NCBI GenBank assembly: GCA_002633005.1
Contig: NMRA01000151.1
Span: forward strand, 243,613 to 307,612
Length of the DNA: 64,000 bases
From: Phoronis australis
Lineage: Eukaryota; Animalia; Phoronida
Direction: 5' to 3'
The notes beneath the pieces were generated by a model. It ran no database searches and had not been told where the DNA came from. It saw nothing but the letters and a program-made list of their open reading frames with translations. The translations under genes and the position numbers were made by a program. Below, in pieces: positions 53,200-64,000 of the stretch; within the stretch, counting starts at the first letter, position 1; each line of letters starts with the position of its first letter.

Positions 53200-55053
53200 T
53201 TAAAGGATATTGGAGATAGATCAGCCGACAGCCAGACGCCGAACAGAGGGACAGGGATGATGGCACAATGCATCCACATAAATTATCAATATGTGGTGCA
53301 CAAAAATGGCCACTAAATGGTGAGAAATACTTCGAATCAATTCGAACATGGGATCATGTCATCATTTATTTAATAGGAAGTTATTAACCAAATTTTATAA
53401 AAATCTGCCGAGGAACTTAGAAACAGAGGAAAACGGAAAAACAGTAAACATGGTGGCGCCTCGAATCCATCTGAAAATGGGTAGGTACCGTTACCTCATA
53501 CCTATTTATCAAATTTTATGGACTTTCATTCAATACGTTAGAAGATACAGAGGTAAACGTAAAAACTAAAATTGCCAAAGGTAGTCGGATCTGTCTGAAA
53601 ATTCGCTCATGCCGTCCCATCTGAGACAAAACCATATGTGACCAATTTCATGAACATACATCAAAGGATTTTGAAAATAGAGCAATGGGCGTTGTCCACC
53701 GGACAGGGACGATGGCGTAATAAAGCACAAAAATGGTTCCCAATGATCAGCACAATGGGCGCACATGTGCGGTCTGTGCACAATTGGTATAACGTATACC
53801 AAACCGCCTGCAATTATTTTTTATTATATCTCAATTTTGGTTCATGAAAAACACTTACCCAATAGGAAAGAGTTCTTAAACAAGATTAAGGAGTGTTGCT
53901 TGGAGCCCGCCGGAAAAGGTAAAAAAAGGGTTCTTCAGTTTTAACATATAAATTTAAAAGAGAATTGGATCCATACAAAGATCAGCATCTCAGTTGTGCA
54001 GATTTTCCTTATTGATGAGCATCACCTGGTTCTGAAATGTGAATCTTCTATTCCAAACATTTCAAAAGTGCTATTTAAGTTCACATTGATAAATTTTTCC
54101 AACCTACTTGTAATTGGGGGGGGGGGCACTTTTTTCCAAAAAATACTTAAACTTACATATGATGATGATAAAGGTTCAGGCCTTTATCCATAATTTTGAA
54201 AATAGGGTGTCCAAAATGGGGTTCCCAATATTCCAGGGCATCCATGATTCCGACGCATAAACCCCCACCCCCAGCAATCCCCCAAACACACAGATTTTTT
54301 ACAAAAAAAATGTATAGACCAAGGTTTTTATATCTAAGTTTACAAAACAGCCTTCTGTAGTGAGCATTTTTACTAAAAAAAACTGTGTAGACCAAGACTT
54401 CTACAATGCTATCAACCAAGTGTGAGCATAGCAACATTGTGTATACAAAGTATATACATTATATAATTCTTCCTGCTTTGAAAAAGAGCCACCACTGTGA
54501 GTCTTCACAGGCAGTAATCATTACAATGTGTGTATCCAAACTTGAAAGGTTCCTATTGATAGTGGGCATCCAAATGATAGATTGGGCGTCCTTGCCAGGG
54601 TGTCCATATTAGTGCTAGGGCGACCATTTGGACGCCCAGGACGTACGCTGGATAAAGGGCTGCTTCTTAATCAATTAGAACAACTGATATGCACCCACTG
54701 GGTGTATGCATACTGTGCAGATATAACAGATGATCATATTTTTAAACATTTTATAGCCATCTCACACACAATTTAGGATCAACTACGTCAAAAAGAGGTA
54801 AATACCCAGTACACCGATTGGTGAATTAAGCAGGGAATGGGCAACCCACTGGAAGGCATGCAAGGCACTGATAGATAAACATGATATAAAATTTTAACTA
54901 AGAATGCCACCAGGAGTAAAACCAGCTGCCAGTCTTGCACGACAGGTATATTTCAATTTGAATACACATGGTTTTAAAGGATACCTGTAAAGCATTGAGC
55001 TTGGCTAAGACTTTATAAACACTTAGGGATAATTGAACAAACCCTGTAACTAC

Positions 55054-55869
55054 CTTGACCATAAGTAGACCTTTGCATGTGAACCAGCATTGAGACCAGC
55101 AGTCCTTGAACCATTTGAAATCCACATCCAAGATTGGATATTTACTGGCGAATGCCAAACCGCTGTTCAATGCATGTAGATTGCTGCTCAGACTGTTCCG
55201 GGTGACGTCGTATACAACATAAGGATAAGTTTTTAGCAGCTTGTCTGCCAGTGTCCTACTACAACTGCGGTCAAATGCCTCTTGAATAAGGACAAAGTCT
55301 AAAATTGGAAAATTTGTTAAGATGTCATGATTATAACTGTTGGACTTAAAGTGCCTGTTGGATGATTCATCAGCTGGAACTGTTGCTGAGTTATCATTGC
55401 TTTTATGTAGCAATGCAGTGGGCATCTGACTTTTGCAATCTGCCAATTCCTCTCCGAGACGGTTAGCTCTCCATACATTATGTCTTAAATTATTCAACCT
55501 GCAAATGCTCTCTGGTGCTAAACAAAGATTAACAGTGCAAAATGTATACTTGGTTTTAAGGAAATTGGTCTTTAGTTTCCAAGAGCCGTTGGTCCTGTAC
55601 ATGTAAGGACGACGGAATCTCTCAAATGTTGTTCCATACACGAATCCTATGAGAGCCAGAGGCAGGCTGACAAGTCCTAAAACTAATGCCACAGGTCCGA
55701 TGAGAAAATAGTGAAAAAATCTAGCATATGGCTTATCCATCTCAGCAGTGATAGTGATGTATGCTGACAGGAACTCATCGAGGAAGACATAAGCCGGGTA
55801 GTAGAGGCAGTAGGCTAGCAAATCTTGGTAGTAGAAGAAACCATTGATGAACGGCTGTGTGTAAAGCAT
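55054..55869 (-). CDS. Neutral sphingomyelinase (SMPD3/SMPD5 family) first coding exon
   Basis: MLYTQPF start (nSMase2 MVLYTTPF), two hydrophobic segments, TVNLCL, DFVLIQEAFD, NSGLAFASKYPI and KGLLMVK. Acceptor at 55891 implies an upstream non-coding exon; donor at 55053. Confidence 0.95.
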
Positions 55870-55956
55870 TCTGGCCAGCAACAATAAAACCTGAAATGAA
55901 AATATTGACATTTTACAAGTTTTATAACCATTTGACTTGTGTCTAAGGGGAAGGCA

Positions 55957-56250
55957 ACTGTTTTTAGTGTTATTGTTTTTAGCGTTATTGTTTTTAGCGT
56001 TATTGTTTTAGCGTTATTGTTTTAGCGTTATTGTTTTTAGCGTTATTGTTTTTAGCGTTATTGTTTTTAGCGTTATTGTTTTTAGCGTTAGTTCTTAGCG
56101 TTATTGTTTTTAGCGTTACTTCTTAGCGTTATTGTTTTTAGCGTTATTGTTTTTAGCGTTAGTTCTTAGTGTTATTGTTTTTAGCATTATTGTTTTTAGC
56201 ATTATTGTTTTTAGCATTATTGTTTTTAGCGTTATTATTTTTAGCGTTAT
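55957..56250. repeat. 15-bp minisatellite (tttttagcgttattg)n
   Basis: About 19-20 tandem units are directly visible. Confidence 0.95.
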
Positions 56251-59200
56251 TCAAATTGGTTGAATTACAATTTTCTCTCTTTACCACAACTAATTTAGTT
56301 AATAAAACTCCTGTCTTTTCGTTAATTATGCGGAAGTGACGTTTTCTACCCGAATCATTCTCCATCTTCATAATGCAACAAATCATGGGCATCTGATGGT
56401 GGCATACATTTTCCAAAAAAATGACTTAAGTCCACCACCACAAAAACACAAATCTTGTACATGGTGAAGTTGTGCTGGTTGCCGGCCTTGAACATTGCAA
56501 TGACTGTTCACTCAGACAGAACACCAACTTCATAGCCTTGAGTCACTACAGTTACTGCACCTCATAATTGTTACGGGAAGATTTTATGTAGGATGAACAT
56601 GTCATTTATTTATCATTAAAGTATGATAAAAACACATTACAACTTGTATCTAGAATTCGATGGACTGAATTCAATGTTAACATATATTTTGTTCGATGGA
56701 CTGAACTTCATAGTTATTCCGAAGCATTTCATCAAGTGAAGACTTCTTGGAACACTGGATCGAATGATCAAGAGAAGAGGAAACTCCTCATAACAAGTGT
56801 AACACTGGATCCAAGGCCGACGCCAGGAACGTGATCACAGACTGATTAAATTAGCCTTCTTTGTTAATCTTTATGATTATTCATTTAGGAAAATTCAAAC
56901 ATTTAGTCAATATACTCATTATTACATCCAAATCAAATTGCGTTGTTTCAACCGCCTACCGGCAAGATATTCACCACGTGACAATAATGCTTTGCATTTC
57001 CAAAAAGCACTCCTAGGTGGTGACATAGCAGAGAACGATATGATATCCTTCTTCAGAACATATTAAGCAGACCTGTTCCTTCATAATCTCAATGGGCATG
57101 TCCTTTTTCGCTATCCCACGTTACAAAATATTTGCTGCACACTCGATAGTTTTGCACCTCCATGACAATGGAATGAGTAGGCAATGCTGCATTCTTGACA
57201 AAAGTGAGCCAACTCCAACAAATCTTGTCATTCATTGGAAATAAGTGAATCAACATGTGCTCGAGACATTACACTCTGGAACAGCACCTCCAACACAGGC
57301 GAGCGATTCGAATCTGGAGTTGTTATGAACTTGCTCTTCATGACGAAAAAAAAATCGGCGTCGCCCAGAGGCTAAATTAGAGATGGCGGAGAATAGTGTC
57401 GACCAGAAGAAATAGTGGCGATGGGAGGATAGGGTGAAAATAACGGCTACAGGAGGAGAAACTAGTGGCTACTGGGTGGAGGCAGTAGCAACCAGGGTAG
57501 TGGTGGTGACTGCTAGCCCAGAAAAAAGCAAAGGTAAGAGGAAGGAGAGAATAGCGATGGGATGAAAAATGGTGACGGGCTAGGGGGAAAATGATGTGAG
57601 CCGCTAATAATTTATGCTTACCTTTCTAGTAAGTGCCTGGAAACATAATATAATCATTGTTATTTGCAGACAAACTCGTCTTTAAGATTACTGGTTATTG
57701 TTTACGTTTTCACAAAGAATCACCGAAAATATTACAGTACCTTAGTGGTCAACTCCTATTCTCTCCCCCGCATGCCAGGTATTTTGAGCACCACGTCCCC
57801 CCCCCTTCATTGCTAGCGAGGTCACACAGAGTTAAGCCCCCCTTGCATAATGTTTGTGGTGCCCCACAGTGGTTTGACCTTACCCATCTGGGTGTCGCAC
57901 TGCCACCATCTCAGTTTCACGATATGGCTTGAGAAGGACCCTCAGTCCAGCTACGCCGTGGCAGTATTATGGCGGCTGTATTATTGAGAATCATGGACCA
58001 ATACTCGATAAAACATAAAAATTTAACTTTACATTTAAGCACCAACTTAAGCATACAAAACTCAATTTTAGAATATTTCAAAATTCTTTTTAAGACACAT
58101 TTACAAAAATTTTAAACTTCAGGATTTCAATAAAATTTAGCCCTTTAGGGTGCTTTTATTTTAAGATAACTTAGAGAACTAGCAAATAACCCCCACCACA
58201 GGTATGCAAGTGAGTATGTTTGTGGGCGTGAATGGTTTGTTTTAAGTTGCCAATCATGTTTCGTTATTTGTATTTCAATTTATAAACCAAAGCAACATAG
58301 AGCGTTGATATGCACCCATGAATGCACTGCAAACGGTGAGCTTCTAGGGGTGTTTATTTGTATCATAAATATGGCCACTAGATGGCGCAAAATACCTAGA
58401 ATCCATCCGCAAACAGGTACATGTAATCGTTTAAAGCTATTTACCAAATTTTGTAAAAATCTGTCAAGGAACTTCACAGAAACAAACGTCCTTCAAAATA
58501 AGCTTGTTATGGAAAACATAGCATCTACTTTAAGATTTGTGGCATGTTGGCAAGGTCTCTCAGAGCGAGAGGTGGGGTAACTTTACGTTCTGAGCCTATA
58601 TTATACGAAAATGTCTTTCAAATGAGAACTGCATTTGTGCAAGACGTATGTACAATCAACATGGATAATGAAAACCTTGAAATTCAAGGTGTCTAGTAAG
58701 TTACTGTGGACACCAACATGCACATTAGTAGTAGGACCAATTTTTTAGAATCGTTACTGATCAGTCACGAAAAACCCGTGTTGAATGAGCAGCTCATAGG
58801 TGTGTACCACACGCTGGCTCTGTTTTGATAGGATTGCGGGCTTCCTACCATGTGTTGCATTCACACTATCTGCTTGTATGCCACTCTTCCCGCTGTCACA
58901 CGTATTTCACACTTTATTTCGCTATTTACATGTTCATTGCCCTTATTGACTGATGATGGGACATACAGTCTCAAAATATAGCTATTTACTACACATTTGA
59001 ACACCTGAAGAAAGGAGACTGTCCCAAAACTACCATCCTACCAGCAAAACAAAAAGTCTCGTCGTATTTTTAACAAGTTCATTTGTTAAAATGGACTATT
59101 GTAATGAGACTGTTGACATGGACCTTGAATTCCACAGATTACACCAGTAGGAACTCTAAAGATATTTAAAGACATTTACAACCTCCAAAAGAGTGTCCTT

Positions 59201-61393
59201 CAGTGCTAATAAGGTATTCAAATAGAGGAAAGATCCTCAGCTGTGCAGCCTCCTCTCGGCGTGCCTTGCAAATGGGGAACCTCCCCTTAACCCTCTATGA
59301 TCATGAGTGCTATGAAGGTAATGGAAGTCAGTTCTCAATTTTGTTGACAAATGATGGGATGCGTCAGAAAAAATCTTAATTGCCAGAGTATTTGTTCGAG
59401 TTGGAAGAAATGCAGATCTACAGCCTTCCAAAAGCATTCATACCGACGTGACTTTGGTGGGTCAAAGGAGAAGGCAGACAGAGGAGCTGTAATTAACCGA
59501 TGATGTCATAGGTACAGTGTGTTCAGCAGTTCACAAGACGCTAACTTGTGTCAGCTTATCGCTTGAATTTCTCGATTTAAACCAATAAATCATCAAAATT
59601 TGATGCAAAACCCTTACAAATACAGTGAGTTTTTAAACAAACGAGGTGTTTTATTTTGCTGTTATGGATTTAAAAAAAATTTAACATACTGTAGCCTACA
59701 AAGTTTGGTAGGACAACTTAGCGAGATCGGTTGCAGTAATTAAGTTTGGATCTGGTCGGTGATAAATTAGTATTGATCTTCCGTGAAATACAGATGAGAG
59801 TATAGCCGTGTGTTTCAACTTCAGACTTGTGAATTTTTTTAGGTCTAAACACACAAAACCCTGGATATAACTCTGTGGCTCGGAAACCATCAGGCCCGTC
59901 ACGGACTGGAGACATCACAAACATGAGCTAATCGAGGTAGTCAGCTGCCAAAGTTGAAAACTGAACTTCGAGTTACAAAAAATAGACTAGTGAACCAAAA
60001 AATAATATGCACTATGAATTGGCCATGAAATTGCAACTCTACTTACTCGTCAAGGGCGCAAAGTCAGCTTACTTTCCATAGAACTGTCAGGACGAAAGGT
60101 TATACAATAACAATTCAAATAATGTTTTAATATCTAAATAAAATTCCCCTAACACCTGACCAAAGCATATAAAATCAACAATATACCCGCTTTCCTCGCA
60201 GTTTCATGGTTTGCACAAGTGGAAATGATACATCATATCACATTGGCACACACTCAGCTGAAGAACCACTGGTGTTGCTGTGTCACAGGTTAGAGAGTTG
60301 AGTTGAGATCGACCGCATACGAGGTGATGTGTATATAGATCAATTAAGACAGTAAAAAAACAAAGTAAATCGGGTGGCATTCTTTAACCAAATCACCCGC
60401 ATACATGGCACATCGTTTTTGAGATGGGATTTTTCAAATGAGGGAAAATTACCCCAACCCCTAGCCACAATCACTCAAATCAAAACTATGGTTTTGTCCT
60501 CTAAATAGTTGAAATTGAAGTTTTGTGCCTTATACACTGCTTAAAACATCCCACGGGAATGTTTTATCATGCAAATAGGTTAGCAATAGTAGTAGGGGTG
60601 TCAGCGAATTCATTACTCCCATGAATGTCTTTTAGAATTTTGTGATCAACCCTACTATTCATATGAAACACAAATTGCCTAACCACAGGAATTTTCACGA
60701 TTTTTAAATTATTTTTCATATGGGATTGAGGCCCCCGACATTCAGCCCAAAATCGAAGAATCAATGGCTTATATTAGGTCAATAATGTGCAGCAGCATTC
60801 TTTACAGACGGGTTACATATCTAGCTGCAGCCTAGCTACGCCGAGAAATGGCAGCACAGATACAGGAGACCTGTCTACAGTCTACTTCGCAAATTATAAG
60901 TTAGCCTTATGGAAAGCTGTACAAATACACCAGACAAGAAGAAGCAGTGGTGGCTGTGGATGCCCTCTATGGACAGTAACTTGGTTCAAATACCAAAAAC
61001 CAGAATCAGATGAACGAGATCTACCTGGCTACAGATTTCATTAACCTCCCTCTGCAAGAGCCTACTAGTAATGACTATATGTATATAAGAGGGCTCTCAA
61101 TCTCATTAATTTTAACCAGGTGTTTTGTGCAATGGACCCTATCTATGTGGCTGCAGCAGAAAATGTAGTAAAAAATGACTCATTCCGCATCAAGAAATTG
61201 CCTCATTTTGCCCCCCAGAAGACTATCCTAGGATCTCCTAAACCACCAAACTCTGTGGTGTCATACTTTACCCAATTTCTCTCATCCCTAATGTGATTTA
61301 TTAGACTAAACATGGTTTTGAATACCTGACCCCCCACCTTGCCGCTTGTTGGCTGTACTGTGGTCGGTGGATCGGTGTACTGTGGTCGGTGGA

Positions 61394-63120
61394 TGTTGAT
61401 ATGAGCGACCTCTACCGGTCTCTATATATATATGTTACATAGTGTAAACAGTTGTTAGTTGTAGTGTGAGCACCAGTTAGTGCACATCAATAAAAGCAGT
61501 ACTAGTTATCCTGAAGAACGTTCTTTATTCACATAACAACTCAACATGGTGGCAACGGTATTTTGACCAATCTCTGAAAGATGGCAACGAACGGCAATTT
61601 TAGACTGCCTCCACAACTGGACTTATCGGACGCTAATCTTGCGGAAACATTCCGCAAATGGAAACAGCAATTAAACGTATATTTGTTGGCCAGCGGAGCG
61701 ACAGGAAAACCCAAGAAGGTACAAGCAGCAATTATTTTGCATTGCGGTGGCAATGACGTGATTAGCGCCGCTGAACATTTTGTATACGATAATGCCGGAG
61801 ACGAGGAAGATCCCGAGAAACTGTTACAAAAACTGGAGGAGTATTGTACGCCAAAAAAAATGTGGTAGTCGAAACATTTCGTTTTTGGAAAATCAAGTAT
61901 AACGAACCATTCGACACATTTTTGACCGAAGTACGGACAAAAGCTGAATCCTGCAAATTCAACGACAAAGAAAGAATGATACGGGACAAAATAGTGTTAA
62001 GTGTCAGTGGAAAATTGCAAGATGGTGGTTCGCAATTCACTTCGACTGAGTTCGAACGTTTCATTCGCGATTGGCAGATTGTGCACACGAAATCGAAACC
62101 AATGCACCAGAGCGCGAACGGAAAGGCCGAGGCTGCAGTGAAGCAGATGAAAAATCTTATGTTGAAGACAGCCAAATCGGGAAACGATATATATTTGGCA
62201 ATCCTCGAACAGCGAACGACCCCGAACGCGACTGGTATAAGCCCAAGTGAACTGATGTTCAACCGTAAAATAAGAACACAATTGCCCGTGATGAACAGAA
62301 ACATCAAACTAAACGTTAGCCTCGAGAAAGCGCGACAGCGGAGAGAAGCGCGAAAGGCAACGGTGAAGCGATACTATGACAAAAATTCGTGTGATCTACC
62401 GGAGCTTGTCATAGATCAACCCGTATATTTTCAACATAAAGAAGGTGACATATGGATTCTTGGAACGGTTGTACAGAAATCCGGCACACAAAGTTATTTT
62501 GTGAAAGCGGAGAACGGACAAATATTCGAACGCAATCGAAAGCATATTCGTCCTACGCAAATTAGGCCAAACATCCGTGAAAAATCTCCGGAACCGAAAG
62601 TGCCTAACGCCGAAACCGGTCAGTCAACGGCATCGGGAAACGGTAATGCACCACAGACAACCGCAACCGGAAACGCTGACAACAGTATATCACCGACAGA
62701 CAATCTCCCTGTTGTAGTGCCGAGACGTTCACAACGAGTGACCAAACGACCAAATTATCTCAGGGACTATGATTGCTGATGAACATTAATTTTTGTTTAA
62801 GTGATTGCTCATATAAACATTTGATTAAGTGACGATTTAGTTTAATGATTTTGTGTAAGAAACATATGATAACTGGATTAGTTTGTTCATTTTGACGCCG
62901 TAGGGAAACTCATATCTGGTAAAAAGGGAAAGAAAAACTTGTGAGTTTTTATTTGATTTGAGAAAGGGAGATGTTGATATGAGCGACCTCTACCGGTCTC
63001 GATATATGTTACATAGTGTAAACAGTTGTTAGTTGTAGTGTGAGCACCAGTTAGTGCACATCAATAAAAGCAGTACTAGTTATCCTGAAGATCGTTCTTT
63101 ATTCACATAACAACTCAACA
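61394..63120 (+). mobile_element. Internally deleted Ty3/Gypsy (Mag-like) LTR retrotransposon, 1727 bp
   Basis: TG...CA LTRs at 61394-61546 and 62972-63120, 5-bp TSD gtgga, PBS tggtggcaacggt (tRNA-Leu-like), PPT gagaaagggaga, gag and integrase coding remnants. Confidence 0.95.
61581..62779 (+). pseudogene. Gag N-terminus fused to the integrase C-terminal half, with a frameshift at an A8 run
   Basis: Gag motifs PPQLDL...FRKWKQQL..YL and RDKIV, followed directly by integrase DGGSQFTSTEFERF...HQSANGKAEAAVK...SPSELMFNRKIRT. No protease, RT or RNase H. Confidence 0.85.
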
Positions 63121-64000
63121 GTGGATCGGTGTACTGATACTTAAATATAAATCTTGATACTATTTCAAATAAAACCTTATTTTCACTTGGATCAAATTCT
63201 TTACATCCATTTAGAAAAAATTTGATTTTGTTATACACTTGAGGAGCATCTGAATATTTTTGTAAACACTGAGGACTGGGGTATTGTTCGAGTTTCTGGA
63301 AAACCAGTACCTTCTGCTACCCGTATACAGCACAAGCAAAGAAAACAACTGATGCAAAACAAACCAGTGCCTCCGGCTCCACCGTTGTTTCAGGCACTGC
63401 ATGTGCACCTGGCAACAGGATAAGTACTTGTGTACTTCCAGTTCCATTAGTGATATTGTTCGTGTTAGTTTCATCAAACCGGCCAGCTTAAAAACACTCA
63501 CTAGTAGATCACAGGCAAGAAATGTCATAAATCAGACAGGAAGTTTCTGCCTATAAAAAGAGATTTTCTCCCGAGTGTCTTTGCTAAGTTAAACTAAATG
63601 TGTCAGCCTCCACCAACTCACAAACACACATTATTCCGTATTCGCGAGTTACAAGGGAAAAACAGCATCTTCTATCCCTGAAATATCCAACATTCTACAA
63701 AGCAAATACTGCAACCAGATCAGATACTACCGTATAAGGGGTCTCACCCACAATAGGATAGGTATCACGATCGTTTGTTGTAAATGGGAAGAAGAAGAAC
63801 CTGTACAGGAAACCGTCATCAAACTGTGGTGTTTCTTGAAGACATGTTCTAAAAGGTTTTATTTTGAGAGTAAATAGTCTCGTCGTTGACATCTCCAGCT
63901 GGACGTTATCGCCAAACAACACATGTCCTTACTCATGTGCATGCGATATATTAGTTGTGTCATTACATAATGTGTTTTGGTCGTGATAGACCAGCCCGAA

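Noticed and set aside
56159-56416. ORF with NNAKN repeats
   Set aside because: It is a translation of the 15-bp minisatellite.
60787-61044. ORF faintly resembling a P2X7 C-terminal-like or Kolobok accessory domain
   Set aside because: The similarity is too weak to support without an HMM search.
63200-63922. Coding-looking stretches near the right edge
   Set aside because: No recognisable family motif or consistent splice structure; needs a translated search and downstream sequence.

Overview
AT-rich, intron-rich eukaryotic genomic DNA, probably from a marine invertebrate (taxon inferred only from gene and repeat style). Three spliced genes were reconstructed by hand from GT-AG junctions with consistent reading frames. 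(1) The 5' half of MAF1 (minus strand), which runs off the left edge. (2) Head-to-head with it, a complete 10-coding-exon HOIL-1L/RBCK1-type RBR ubiquitin ligase (LTM-UBL-NZF-RING1-IBR-RING2, 599 aa). (3) Convergent with that, a neutral sphingomyelinase of the SMPD3/SMPD5 family (minus strand, about 495 aa). Main findings: the sphingomyelinase has three tandem paralogous exons that can only be used one at a time and that encode part of its active site. The HOIL-1 gene has an in-frame alternative last exon with a poly(A) signal that would give an RBR-less, SHARPIN-like isoform. Its promoter carries a compact kB + CRE + triple-ISRE cluster. The gene order MAF1 / HOIL-SHARPIN / SMPD resembles the mammalian MAF1-SHARPIN-SMPD5 neighbourhood. 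Introns hold many MITEs, THAP/Kolobok relics, Penelope-like fragments with hammerhead-like cores, a repeat family rich in CTCF-like motifs, and a young, internally deleted Gypsy LTR element.
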